Source of the DNA: Tubulanus polymorphus
Taxonomy: Eukaryota > Animalia > Nemertea
Assembly (NCBI RefSeq): GCF_964204645.1
Contig: NC_134025.1
Location: forward strand, 30,918,299-30,982,298
Length of the DNA stretch: 64,000 nucleotides
Direction of reading: 5' to 3'
Shown here: in pieces, positions 39,460-56,615 of the stretch
Layout: each line of letters begins with the position of its first letter
How positions within the stretch are numbered: the first letter of the stretch is position 1
Notes under the pieces: generated by a model
The model's input: only the letters and a program-made list of their open reading frames with translations
Databases searched by the model: none
Told to the model about the DNA's origin: nothing
Made by a program: the position numbers and the translations under genes

Positions 39460-42400
39460 ATGTTGGCTTCGTGGGAAGTGGCGTTAATTTTGATAAGTCT
39501 ATCGTTGATCGTGGCGTTTGTGATCGGAGCTATCTGTAGATTCGGCGGAATTCGTAATCTCACTTCCTGTTTCGCGTCAGATGAAGAAAAAGCTGTATTG
39601 ACGAAAAATGATCACCATGGCAATGGCTACATGGTAAGATACACGTCTCGATCCGGTTCGGGTTGTTTTCATTTATTTTTTTCGCTAAGAAAATATTTCA
39701 ATGGGTTCTTTAAATGTGATCTGATGTTTATTTTAGAGTGTGGTTTATTTGCAGCCGGTTTCAGAGTCAGGGTCCAGTTCCGCAATTATGATTAAATTAG
39801 TTAAGTTTGTCTCTTGAAAATTAACTAATTTCAACTCTATTCGCAACTGTGGAACTGGATTCAGGAGTTGTTGCACTCTGTAATATTCTGACTGCAGAAA
39901 CTCATTCTAATTCACATCATTAATGTCATTCACTTCTTTCGACACAGCGCAGATAAACGTCACCCGTATGCGAATGCTGAAAGCGTAACAAGCGAGATGA
40001 CAGTTTATTGAAATCCTTTCAAGTTTTTCCTATTAATCATCGCGGTGGAAAGTGACATTTCAACTGGGTTCGTCTGAGCTCGTTTATCTTTTTTTCAGGT
40101 TGGATCTGATTCGGATTTTAAATTAGACAGTTCGGGAAAGTTCGTCGAATACGATACCGTTAAAGCCGATATGAACAATATGGATTTGAACGCGACGACT
40201 CAAGTCGTATATCAACAACAACAACAACAACCGACACCGCCGCCCTATCGGCAGCAACAAGAACAACCTCAACAACAGGTAATACCGTATAACATGTCCA
40301 ATTTTTTGTTTTTTCAGTACAAATCTAACAAAAGAATTTTGTCGAATCTTTCTTTCCAGCAATATGAACAGATGGGTACTCAACAGCCTGGTAATGAATT
40401 TGTCACGCCCCCTGGTGTCTCAAACGTTCAGCAACAAGACGCTGAACTGACGGACAGCGCAAAAAGTAGCCCAGTTTCATTCGGTAAGTCAGATAATAAT
40501 CATAATAATAATAATAATGATGATAATCTATTTCAGAATGGTGCAACAAGGGAAGGGAGTCTCCGGGACTCGAGGGAGGCCTCCGGGTGCGTGATGAAAA
40601 TCCCGACGCATCTGAATTATCTATAATTACATATTCCTTACGGGAACCAGGAATATGAGACTCGAATACCGGCAAGAAAATGTCAGGAGAAAATCATTGT
40701 TATTAGATTAGCAAATAATGAGGTTGTGTTATGTCAGACTGTGTGGTGTATACGTGCTGAGACTGACACTCCTCATCGGAGCAGATTCAATTCACATCTA
40801 TCTGAATCAGAAATGATTTCATTTCTGGAACCAGTAAACCGAATAAAACTAGATAAACCGTATATAAACTTGTCACATCTATAGTTAATCAGTTTACGTG
40901 TCCCCGAGTCACGATATATACTGGAAATAGCACGGCTCGGTTCCGTAACGATTTGAGCTAGAAATTTGTACATTTCGATCCGCAGTTCCATAATGAGTTA
41001 GAATAATTATGACTAGTCAAACTCAACTCATCACGACTCGGGGTTTTAAACTCTGTTACGAAGTTTCTTGCTCGAAATTTGTCCTTAGAGTTTAATAATG
41101 AACTGATCTTATACTAAGAACTTTGTAACTGAGTGCTCTTCTCTCTCCCCTCTCCTCTCTCCTCTCTCCTCTCTCCTCTCTCCTCTCTCCTCTCTCCTCT
41201 CTCCCCTCTCCCCTCTCCTCTCTCCTCTCTCCTCTCTACTCTCTCCTCTCTCCTCTCTCCTCTCTCCTCTCTCCTCTCTCCTCTCTCCTCTCTCCTCTCT
41301 CCTCTCTCCTCTCCTCTCTCCTCTCTCCTCTCTCCTCTCTCCTCTCTCCTCTCTCCTCTCTCCTCTCTCCTCTCTCCTCTCTCCCCTCTCCTCCCTCCTC
41401 CCTCCTCCCTCCTCCCTCCTCCCTCCTCCCTCCTCCCTCCTCCCTCCTCCCTCCTCTCTTCGCACAACTGTGGACTTATTTCAATAAATCCCTCAAATTG
41501 ATTTAAAGTACAATTTGTTTTAGTTGATGTCACTCTAGAAATCTGTTGTATGAAATCAGAATTTCGTTTCAGTTTCAGAAGTTGAGGAATATAAACTACA
41601 GCGAGCTGTTTCATGTGATAGTTTAGCATCAGATACATCGGTAATGGAATTACAACCTGATATATCACCTATAGGACAATTAGAAATAGGACTCGAATAT
41701 GATAGGTAGGTTTGTAAATGAATCCACCCGGATAAAGCAATGTTCAAGTTGAAATTGTGATACAAATTTGAAGATGTTTTTTGTCTATGCAATATTGGAC
41801 ATTTCATTTAAGATCATAATATCCGCGATTTTGTGATAAAACGTTTAAGTCTCACAATGGACTGAAAGGTTTATTGAAACTATAAAAATATTTCTGGTAG
41901 GTGCGAAGATTATCTGTCAGTCTGTTATTGGACAGTTTGTGAGTTTTTTAATTACTGAATTGCTCTCAGTTTCCATGCGACAAACATCGTGTTTTGTTTG
42001 TATTGAGCTCGAGTAGACAAGAAGAATCTCTTTAAAAAGATTGTTTTTATCCATTCGCGTAATACAAACGTAAACTGATAGTTTAATGGGAAATTGAGGC
42101 AAAGTATCGGTTTACAGTTCGCGACGTCAGACGTATTCATCTGACGTATAGTAATACCCGTGATCGAAACGCTCCTTCCGCAAGTTAGACGTCCATAATT
42201 CCCTTTCGATTTTCAAGTCTACAAGTCAAATTTTAACCATTGAAACTGTGGAACGGAATGTTTTGGTTTGAAGATATTTCGAAGGATATTGCTCTAAATT
42301 CAGTTCTACAGATATCGGTCACGATATCGGTAAAGTTTGATTGAGTTCAGATTACATGCATGTTCATGTGGATTGTTTACACAACACATTTTGACAAAGA

Positions 42401-45150
42401 ACACGTGGAACTGGATCCTGAGTATTACGTATAGGATTAAACATGTATGAAATTCGTTGCAATGTTTCAGAGAAGTTTCAGAACTTGTAGTGAGTATAAT
42501 ACAAGCTAAAGATCTACAACAGAACGAATATACAGGTCCTATTGACTCATATGTGAGAGTGATTTTACAACCAAACGAAACTAAAGGACACACGAAGGTA
42601 AAATAACTTATTTCAGTTTACATTAAACGAGTGACTGTCTAATTCAATTGCGGAAAACCTTAACTACGTAAGAACTATAACAATTAAGAAAGCACTATGG
42701 ATATTTTGACGATAATGTATGTAGAGAATTCCACAATGATAACAAAAAAGGGATTCTCTATAGAATTAGGAAATTTTGGGCCGAAAAACTACGAGAGCAG
42801 TGACGTTTAGACTACGAGGTAATGCTACTAGAAGTACAAAATAAATTTATTAAACCTTCAAAGGGCCTGGGACTGGTATCATTTTTAACCCGGGGGTTAG
42901 CTCAATTGAAAATGAATTGAGTTAGCCCCGGGTTAAAGTTAATACCAGTCTATAAAACCGGCCCCATGTGTTTTACACGTTTATACTAACTTGACACCAG
43001 ATTAACGCGGCTTCTCTAGAACTCTTACTAAAAACAGGTTGTAAATTGTAAATTCACTGGTATTCTGCTGGGGTGGATCGGTGGATCGGTGGATCCCTGA
43101 ATCACAGGGGTGGATCCCTGAAAATCCCCCCATGTCTAATCCTGAATCCGTCCCTGAATCGGTCTCTTGTAACCGGTCAATTTTATTTTGTTGTTGTTTT
43201 CCTCGTTTCAGATACAGAAGAAAACGTCGAATCCACTTTATAAAGAACGATTCCTCTTCAATGTCGACTCTTTAGAACTGGATCGAAAAACGGTGGCGTT
43301 TCAAGTATTCTCGTGTGATAAATACGCTCGTCATAAAGTCATAGGCGAAACTGAGATCAGAATGTGCGACCTTGACCTCTATCAACCGATTAGAATATGG
43401 ATGAGTTTAAGAGATATTGATGAGGTAAAATATTGTCCAAGCACAGTTGCTCCAGTCGTGGCTTAGGAGTTAATTTTGGTTCTACAACCAATCTAACAAC
43501 TTAAGACCAGTCGAAGCTCATTTTGGTTCTATGGCCAATCTAACAACTTAAGACCAGTCGAAGCTCATTTTGGTTCTATGGCCAATCTAACAACTTAAGA
43601 CCAGTCGAAGCTCATTTTGGTTCTACAACCAATCTAACAACTTAAGACCAGTCGAAGCTCATTTTGGTTCTATGGCCAATCTAACAACTTAAGACCAGTC
43701 GAAGCTCATTTTGGTTCTATAAGCGATCTAACAACTTAAGACCACGTTTGTGCTTAAGTCACGACTGAAATATCTAAACTTTCTTATAAATAATTCAGTA
43801 GAAGGTCTGGTTTAAAATGGTTTTGACAGCATTTTTACATTTTTGGCTGAATTAATTGTGGGATTTCTCTCGTTATCATCATACACGGATATATTGTGTA
43901 TCTTGGTTTCGATTGTATTTGAAAACCGTGTATTTTTTTCTATTTCCATGTATAGAAACCGGCTGAACTGGGAGAACTGATGTTCTCTTTAAGTTATCTT
44001 CCCACGGCTGAACGATTAACTGTTGTTGTCGTTAAAGGACGTAATTTTAAATGGACAGAAATGAAACGTTGCGGAGGTAACAAAAAATTCAAATACTAAG
44101 CTTGGGCCCTGTTTCACGAAAAAGTTTAAGCCTAAAACGATTGAATTGTTGTCCTCATTGAAAACATGTAGTAACCAATGGTAATTACACCAAAAGTTTG
44201 AGTTTAACTTTTTGTGAAGCCGAGCCCCAGTGCTCCAGTTGCACAGTCGTCTGACTCGAGTCCTAAAGGTCATCTTAAATGATAGGACTGGTCGACTATA
44301 GAGGCCTTGCAGCTATGAGCTTGTTTGACTCCGCCATATTGCGTGGTCAAACACGATTAATGATACATATTTGACCATAGTTTGTAAATCCTCTGATAAT
44401 GATTTGTGGTTATGTAAGGCAAGTCAACATTTGAGACCGGGCAAATAAAGTATTATACCGTACCTATTTACAACCTGGAGGTTTAATCTGATTTGGTTTT
44501 GACCGTTGGAACTACGTAGCTCTAGAAACGAAACCCAAATATTTCTTCATGAAATTGTGAGCCTAGGGGGCGCTGGCTATGTTCACATCATGCTATGTAA
44601 TGTTTCTATAAATGTTTTTCAGATTCGATGGTGAAAGTTTTTCTGCTTCAAAACGGTCGAAAAATCAGTAAAAAACGAACGTCTTTAAAACGAGATGAAG
44701 CGAATCCAGTGTTTAATGAGGCGATGATATTCTCGGTACCACCCAACGCGTTACAGGTTTGTATCGGAGTCATCCACCCTCCCTTTCATTGTGCCTGGGA
44801 GTCATCTCGTGTTTGTCGGAGTCATCCCTCTTTTCTCTTCTTGAGTGTCGGAGTCATCCCTCCCTTATCTCTTCTAGTGTATCGGAGGCCTCCCTCCTCT
44901 CTCATCTCGCTCAGTAACATGTTAACCGTCAACCACTAACTGGGGTATAGTGTGTTTTTTTTTACTATTTCAGACTGTCCAGTTGAGATTCACTATAGCC
45001 GAACAGATACCCGACGGTAGAACGCCCTCTGTCGGACATGTTATTGTCGGCGCTAGTACAGCCGGAACTGAACTTTCACATTGGAATCAAATGATGACGT
45101 CATTACGGAAGCCAGTATCGATGTGGCATAATTTAATACGTCACCGATAG
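39460..45150 (+). CDS. SYT12: Synaptotagmin-12 (N-terminal TM, tandem C2A/C2B)
   Basis: Exons ~39460-39633, 40099-40278, 40360-40483, 41573-41705, 42471-42597, 43212-43424, 43956-44076, 44623-44756, 44973-45150. LSYLPTAERLTVVVVK, VKVFLLQNGRKISKKRT, NPVFNEAMIFSVP and HWNQMMTSLRKPVSMWH match SYT12 C2B. Confidence 0.9.
41139..41459. repeat. (CTCTCCT)n polypyrimidine repeat in a SYT12 intron
   Basis: Directly visible. Confidence 0.95.
43474..43743. repeat. 47-bp tandem repeat (~6 copies) expanded inside a MITE
   Basis: Unit TTTTGGTTCTA..CCAATCTAACAACTTAAGACCAGTCGAAGCTCA, which is single-copy in the MITE at 7732-7869. About 3 copies also at ~33945-34095. Confidence 0.85.
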
Positions 45151-46637
45151 AGGTCGCTTTATTTAACCATTGTATATTACGACACTTTTTGCTTCAGTAG
45201 TAGAAGAGCCCGATATCATCAGTCCCAGATGCGCCCCACGCCCATTGGTCCAATGTACCCACGCCCAGTGGTGCCATGCGTCCCACATCCATGGGTCCCT
45301 TGTCCTATCAGACTAAACACCTTCATCAGCCCAGCCCCACCGGTATATTGTATCTAGTTAAACCCACCGCAAGCGCTCGACAAAAATCAATCCTATCGCA
45401 TCGTGATACTTATCACAAATAATCAGGTGATAACCTTGATCCAACTTTATTTCATATTTATCGTCAGAACCCTCTATACCTAACACGAGTGCGGTCTGAG
45501 TATCACAAACCACGATCATTTATATATATATATACCTCTAAAAACAGAGATTTTATTTTAATATTTTTAATACTTTTCTTTAAATTAAAAATTGTTCCAA
45601 TGATTACTCTATATTTGCATTGATCTCTATTTGATATCATTCAACATTAGACTTATATTGTATTATTTGTATCGTATTAGAGTTATGTTAAATATAAATC
45701 AGGATTTCGATCGTGTATTGAAAATACTTACTTAAATCGGGTATAGAATATTTTAGATCAGCCTCATATTGTCAGTGTGACGTTACTCCTGGTCCAGGCT
45801 TATTGATAATTCTGATTCAGTTGTGATAAAAGGTGCTTTTAATTCATTATTAATCAATTAACTGTTTAAAACTGATTGTTATACGTATAATGTATTGTAA
45901 ATAAAGCCTTGTGAATTGACGTCGCACGTTGTGAGTTTTGGTGCCCAGGTTCACAAAACCAAATTATGATTAGTCGCTAATGACGACGACCTTATCGTTT
46001 TTTGACGAATTCAACGATCAGTTGTAATTGTAGTTTCGTGTAACTGGGCCCGACGAATAGTTTATATAGTAATGTACGAATTGTTTGGCCTCGAAGACCC
46101 ACCGACCGAATCAATATAATATAAAATATCATAATATATATCACTTCTTTAGATCATTTTTCCTTCGCATTTCATCGTAACACAATAAAAAGAAAAATCG
46201 TGGTTTCTTTATCTAACGAATTATTGAAATTGTCAAAGTTTGAGCAATAAAACATCGAATACCCAATTAATACAAAACAGTTGTTATAGATTTATTTGTA
46301 GATGATGTTAGTGGTTTGTCGTTCGGTTGTTTCTTTAGGCGGAATTAGCTCACAGTTCGCTTCTCCATAATACATTACAATGTCAACTTCATGAACTAAG
46401 AATTCAAATTTCTGACCCGTTTTTGATTTATAGCATTCATAGAATCATCACACATTGAGAAGATCATTATCAATCACTTGTGTGGAGTTTGTCACGATTT
46501 TCTTTATACAGTTTTGACATTTTTGATAAATTCCTAGGTTCTGGAACGTGCGACAGATGCCTTGTCACTGTCACAACTGTTTTATTCACTTTATCTCGAA
46601 TATTGTCACATATCATCAGACAGATAGAAATCTAAAT

Positions 46638-47528
46638 ATGTTTTCCAGAAGAAGATCGGTTTTCATCGTTATTTTACTGTTTGGATTGTATCAAATAATG
46701 TTCTATGAAAACATACCCGTCATCAGTGTGAACAAACCGTTCCAGACATATTACAAAAATGCAGAAATTCCGAGATATTTAGACAATTTTATGCGAACGG
46801 GATTGAATACGGAGGAAAGATCAGAATTTGAATCGTTGTTAAAAGATTTTATGATGTTAGCGAAAGAAAATAATTTAACGTTTATGATATCTGACGGTTC
46901 GCTGTTAGGGGCGTATAGACATCACGGTATGATTCCCTGGGACGACGATTTCGATATCATGTTTCCAAAACTGCAACGCGGTAAAATATTAGAACTGTTT
47001 AAAGGAAAATATAGAAATTCGAATCTTTCGTTGTGGAGCTCGAATATCGTTGATATGCAATGGAAGATTTTCCGCGCGGGAAAACCGTTTATTGGAGAGT
47101 CGACAAAATGGTCTTATCCGTTTATAGATATGTTTCATTACAGCGAATTTAAAGGTATCATCAGGTGTAAACAATTTCAATTCAAATCTGCAGATATTTT
47201 TCCGCTCGCTAAAGTTCCATTTATGGGATCGTGGCTTCCGGCGCCAGGAAAATGGGGCAAATACTTGAATATCGTTTATGGAAAAAACCTGATGACGAAG
47301 TGTTCAAATTTGTGGTATCTGCATCGAATTGAAAAACACAACTCTGATGAATTAGTGACTGTATCGTGTGAAAATTTGCAGAGATTTGTTCCGTTCGTGA
47401 GTAGGTCGTGTTCATCGACTGGTGTAATTACCGAGACATTAAAAATCGGTAACAAACGTTTACATGTGTGGAGCTATACAGCTGGAATCGACGGAGCTCC
47501 AGTTGATTCCTGTACTTTATATCCGTAA
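46638..47528 (+). CDS. LicD/fukutin-related nucleotidyltransferase-fold phosphotransferase, type II membrane, single coding exon (296 aa)
   Basis: MFSRRR plus a hydrophobic signal-anchor, then the LicD signature DGSLLGAYRHHGMIPWDDDFDI, WSYPFIDMF and DIFPL...F.G..LPAP. Confidence 0.9.
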   Translation: MFSRRRSVFIVILLFGLYQIMFYENIPVISVNKPFQTYYKNAEIPRYLDNFMRTGLNTEERSEFESLLKDFMMLAKENNLTFMISDGSLLGAYRHHGMIPWDDDFDIMFPKLQRGKILELFKGKYRNSNLSLWSSNIVDMQWKIFRAGKPFIGESTKWSYPFIDMFHYSEFKGIIRCKQFQFKSADIFPLAKVPFMGSWLPAPGKWGKYLNIVYGKNLMTKCSNLWYLHRIEKHNSDELVTVSCENLQRFVPFVSRSCSSTGVITETLKIGNKRLHVWSYTAGIDGAPVDSCTLYP

Positions 47529-48399
47529 TTCACAACTTGCGAATTTTCTTGTTAAGTAGAACTAGGACGAAACTTATTGATGCACAAAAATAATTCAGTA
47601 TGAAGCGGAAATGTATTATTAGTATCTGTATTCGATTGTCAATTTTGTTGTTTTTAGATCGCTTTCAGTAGACAATTGTGGGACTGGATCCTGACTTGAG
47701 AAACGGGTCCAGAAACTAGACCCATGGTTTCTAATAGTAGGCTCAAGCAAAAGTAAGCACTCTTCAGCAATTTTGTTGTTCAATTTGTCTCCGGACCCAG
47801 TTCCACAGTGGGTTTGATTCTCCTTGGGCCCAGTTCTACAGTTGGTTAATTGATTCTCTCTGGACCCAGTTCTACAGTTGTGTTTAATTTGACTCTAAAT
47901 CCAGTACAGTTATGTGGGTTTAATTTGATTCTGGGTCCAGTTCCATTGTGTGGGCTTCATGTCGATTGTAACAATTTTTCAAGAGTCCAGAATACAAATA
48001 ACCGAAAAAAAAACATATTTAAGGCAATAGTTTCTAATCGTAAAAATCACTTGAAATGAGATAATAGGTGTCATTAACATAAATAATTAACTGACGATAA
48101 TTGATAGAGGGTTGATAGAAAATATAGACATATAATCTCACATATTGAGGTTTCTAGAACAACTAGTCTGAAACACAAATCAGTTTCATCGCAACTTCAA
48201 ATGAGGTAAGTTTTCAATACTGCAGACATGCATATATAAATCTTGGTTCATTGAATCATGGCCTCGAAAACGAATCAAAGAACTTCTAATCATTGATTGA
48301 TAGCTGCTATTGTTATAGTGAATAGTCACGTGCATAGAGTCGCCACGCCTGACTGGTCACCAGTCTACAGACTGACCAGACAAACTTACGGAGTCATAG

Positions 48400-48468
48400 T
48401 AACTCTATGGTCTAGCGGTAGACACTCTGGGTTTACAGCTGGGAAGCCTTGGTTCGAGTCCCAACAGA
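48400..48468 (+). mobile_element. Degenerate tRNA-like sequence (SINE head or tRNA pseudogene)
   Basis: A box TGGTCTAGCGG (48408) and B box GGTTCGAGTCC (48451). Stems are imperfect. Confidence 0.45.
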
Positions 48469-48896
48469 CCTATTTAAAGTTCTAATCGACCATTAGTTAT
48501 TTTGTGTAAAGGTTTTTTTGACAAACTAACGAAACTCTTCTGTAATTCAGCGGTTAGAGCGTCCACTACCTTTTTTTGGAGTGAAGGAAAGCTATTGATG
48601 TGTCTTATGTTAGTCGAAATTCTCAAACTATCAAAAAGCATCAGGTTTCAGCAACCAGTGTCGGTGCCAATGGGAACTCGAGTTGAACTATATTTTCACT
48701 GATCCGGAATCGACTGAAACAAATATCATCTTGACCCGATTCTTGTTATCAGATACCTTCCAAAAATGGGACACATCCGTTTCGGAACATTCTGGGTCAG
48801 AGATTGAAATAAACTGTTGTCTCATCTTTCTATCATCTATCTCTCTCTCCCTGTTTCTAACAGACACAGCACTTCAGTATATAGGTACTGGTAATC

Positions 48897-51822
48897 ATGG
48901 AGACCATCAATATTCTTCTCGTTGTCTTAGTAACAACTGCATTGTTTGGATGTTGTTTGAGGTAGGCAAAATTATTCTTGAATAATGTTTAAAAACGTCA
49001 TTTATCATTTCACGTAGATTTCGCCGAAATCTATATAATATATAATATCATTTTTAGTCAAGCTATTTTTGATGATTTGATGGAAAATTACGATAAGTTA
49101 CAATCACCGCATAAAGGTAGGGAAAATATCGGTATATTTGCGAAATAGAAAATTGCGATCCTTTTTTCAATGGGCCCGCAAAACGGGCCAATTTTTTCAA
49201 TGGGCCAGCAAAATCTTTGAAATGACGTTTTAGCCCAACTTTAAGCAGGGTTTCTGCTGAAAAATGCATCAATTTAATATTACAGATAGGTCAACCAACG
49301 TTCAAATAGGAATCTATATCAACAGTTTCTATGCAATTAACGAACAAACAATGGTAGGGACCGCCCTTTTAACTGTCAATCAAAACAAATCGCGTTAAAA
49401 TAATCAACATTAGTAAGTTTAATTGGACTCGTTTTAGGACTATACATTGAATCTCTATTTGAGACGTTCTTGGGTTGATCCGAGACTGAAGTTCACACCT
49501 AGAGATGGGAAAGATATGATCAAGTTACCGCATTCGGCGTTAGAGAAAATCTGGACGCCGGATACATTTTTCCGGAATGAGAAATCTGGAAAATGGCACG
49601 ACATAACGGTGCCTAATGTTTTACTGAGATTGTATTCCGATGGAAAGATTTGGTACGCTGTAAAGTGAGTATAATATGCGTCATACCTAAATCATGATGG
49701 TTTAACAGTTTCAACAGAAAATCTTTTGAAATCACTAATTAGAATTATTAATTGACTCAGAGAGTTGTGACAATATTGTCCATGATTTCTATTGACTAGA
49801 AAATACTTATAGTGTAACTGACACTTTTTTGAATTTCAAATTACGATGTATTCTGGGTTCAGTTCCACAGTTAAATTTTTTTACTCTGAGTTAATTCATT
49901 GAAAATGAAGTAACTTTATCTCTGAGTTAACTCTAACTCACAACTGTGGAACTGGGTCCTGTTGATATGCACTCATCTTAAACCGTTGTATTAAAGAATG
50001 TTTAGTTTCTGCGCAATTTGTGACATTAACCGTATAAGGAGTCTATATGTTCGATATCGCAGTTTCACAATTCAGTTGAAATTGACTCCATAATATCAAA
50101 ACATTTACAGTTATCTAATTCCAATTCTAGAGTCAGCGATCTGAAAACTGTGATCCTAGAATAACTAATAGATTTATGATTCGGCTTGAAATTTCAGGTT
50201 GACCGTTACGTTGAGTTGCGCAATGAGGCTTCAGAAATTCCCATTTGATACACAAACATGTCCGGTCCTTATTGAATCATGTGAGTTCATCTACGACTCA
50301 GTTCCACAGTTCTAGTGTTGAAAAATCACATTTTTAACCTTTCTGTAGAACTGGAACTGAGTCCTGGGCCCAGTTTCACGAGTAAAACTAAAATTTTGGT
50401 GTAATTGCCATTTACTTCATGTTTTCAATGAGGACAACAATTCAAACTTAACCGTTTTAGGCTCTTTTGCGAAACTGGGTCCTGCTCTACAGATTTAAGT
50501 TTATAATTTTTATTGTTAAAACGTATTCTGAATTAAGGTTGATATAAATGTTCGCGGCTGTTTTAGGAAGAAGGTATTCATTTTTGTTTTATAGTCGGAC
50601 ACACAATGGACACCTATCAAATGGTTTGGATGGACAAACCTGTATCGAAAGATGAAAGTTTACAGTTCCCTCAATTCTCATTGGTTCGAATAGATCATCT
50701 TGACTGTAGCCAGAATTACACAACGGGTCCGAGTTGTAATCCTCTTAATCTGTTATAATCCTCTGTTATAATCGTCTTCATGAAGAACGGATTCAAGCGG
50801 TTTTATATGGTGGCCGATTCGGGCAATAAACACATTTTCTGTAACGCTAGATTATAAGGCACGATAAAACATTGAACGTTGGCCCATTTTTGTCTTGAGT
50901 CGCGCAAAAAAAACAATACAAATCTTATAGTATGGCCCGAATCAGCCACCATAGTTTTACTGAGATCAACATCCTTAACATCGTATATAACTTTATATGT
51001 TCAATTTCTTTCCGTTTCTATAACTATTTGCTGATATCTGATATTTCAGGGGCGTACCCGTGTCTACAAATTAACTTCCAACTGAGACGCGATTACGGTT
51101 ACTATATTCTGCAAGTGTTCATTCCCAGTATAATGCTGGTGATACTATCCTGGTTCGCATTCTGGTTGAAACCTGACGGCGTGACGGCTCGAGTTTTAAT
51201 CGGATTGTTCACAGTTTTAACGATGACTACTCAAAGTACCGGAGTTAGAACAGCTCTTCCTAAAGTCTCCTATATTAAAGCTATAGATCTGTGGATGATG
51301 ATGTGTTTGTTGTTTGTGTTCTTTGCGATGATCGAAAGCGCACTTGTCGCCTTCCTTTCAACTGTCAAATCGCAATCAGATTCTGGAAATGACATTCAGT
51401 TATCAGAGGTAAAATCAGCACTAGATAATCAATATTTTAGCCAAACTCGGTCGCCATCAGCCGAGTCGTCACATTACTGAAATCGTCCTTGTTTTTTTAC
51501 CCAAATTTGGATTTGCCAAATCAATTTACTAAGTGTAAAGTCATCATTTGGATTAAGTCTTCGACAAAATGACCGTCACAACTACAGGACTCAAAGAGTG
51601 TATTTCGTAAAAACAATCTAGTATGAAAAACAAAAGATTTTTCTCGATTTCTAACCGTGAATGTTATACACTATATTTCAGTTGAAGGACGGTAAACAGG
51701 AACAGCAGTCTGATGATAGCCGACAACGATTGAAAATCGCTAAAAAGATTGATTTCTTCAGTCGTATTCTGTTTCCTGTGTTGTTCTTATTGTTCGTCAT
51801 CATCTACTTTGCCGTCTACTAA
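48897..51822 (+). CDS. Cys-loop ligand-gated anion channel subunit (glycine receptor/GluCl-like)
   Basis: Exons ~48897-48961 (signal peptide), 49058-49116, 49286-49353, 49438-49664, 50198-50281, 50595-50726, 51050-51408, 51682-51822. Motifs WVDPRL, IWTPDTFFRNEK, Cys-loop CAMRLQKFPFDTQTC, loop-C disulfide CSQNYTTGAYPC, M2 ARVLIGLFTVLTMTTQ, LPKVSYIKAIDLW and M4 IDFFSRILFP. Confidence 0.93.
50367..50481. mobile_element. MITE, Harbinger-like (GGCCCAGTTTCAC family)
   Basis: TIRs GGCCCAGTTTCAC / GCGAAACTGGGTC with CTG flanks. Related copies near 6957-7068, 30860-30985, 44105-44228 and 62321-62426. Confidence 0.72.
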
Positions 51823-53086
51823 TAATTACACACAGTGTAATCGCTACACGTAATTTGTAATCGCGCGTGTAATCGCTACAATGTGTAATACGGCGCACCG
51901 GGTAAACTCGGTTACCTGCTATTTTAATGGTTCTATGTATCAATGCCTATTTGATTAACGCTGCTCGAATGTATTCGGCTTTTTATAATCGCAATTTACA
52001 AAATAAACATCGATTCTTATAAACATATTAACTCTTAATGTGTTGAATTCTGAATCGGTTCGTGAACAATCAGCTATATAGTGGGAAATGGTTGTAACAC
52101 TTGTGGTGTTGTGATTCGGCAGCGAAGTTGCACTTTAAGTCAAACTTGGATATAAAACCAGTATAAAAGCTAATCTAACACTTAAGACCAAGTCTTATGA
52201 TAAGAAAGCAAGAATGCGAGATTTAAGACCCGTTTATGGACCTGGGGACCGACCCGTTTATGGACCTGGGGCCTTGACTTTGCCGAGGGTCTGTCTTGAC
52301 ACAACTCTATGCCGCCGGAGAACATTATTTCATGCCACCAAGGTTCATCATTGACTCGAGACATTATTTCTAAAGGTCCATGAAACGTATCATTTTGGTA
52401 AAGAAAAGGGATAACTGATCATACATCACAAAGACAAATTTAGGCGACTTTCTCTTTAGGTCGATTTATGACCGTCAAGTGCTGCCCCTAGACATATCGA
52501 TAGCGGTGAAAATGGGAACTATACTGACAGGATTACATTCCCACTGCGGCAGGCGAGTGATACGTTAGTTCACTATTAGACTGGTCGCCTGTCCAATTCT
52601 ATTCGATTTCAAAAACAATCCAATCTATAAACTAGAGTTTAAATCGTACAATAGTCTTAACTGAAGGTAGAGACCGACAACCAGTATAGGGGATTTCTCA
52701 GACATGCGAGTAATACTCCACAGCCAACTGGAGGATAGATGTTTTAAATTCATTCATGCTGAACGAACCCGTACATATAAATTGAAGAAACAAGAGAATG
52801 TTCATAGATAAATTGATGGAAATTAATAATAAGAGTTTTTTTTTTATTATTCATCATCTATAATACACTGAAGTCATGAATCACACATAAAGAGTCTCTT
52901 ATTTATTCACTGACTCAAATTACAAACATTTTTCAAACGTGTATGCAGATATTATGATCGGGGGCAAATTGTACAATCATGGATTAAAACCATTCACAGG
53001 TCCAACTTAGATTTAGGATAGCGTTTGGACTTGCATCACAACTGTACAACAGACCCCAGACGACGTTGATACAACAATCTGATAGT

Positions 53087-56615
<3,529 letters not shown>

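Noticed and set aside
40537-40660. Possible extra SYT12 exon after TTTCAG at 40536
   Set aside because: In the required phase it reaches a stop without an evident donor, and exon 40483 joins 41573 in frame without it.
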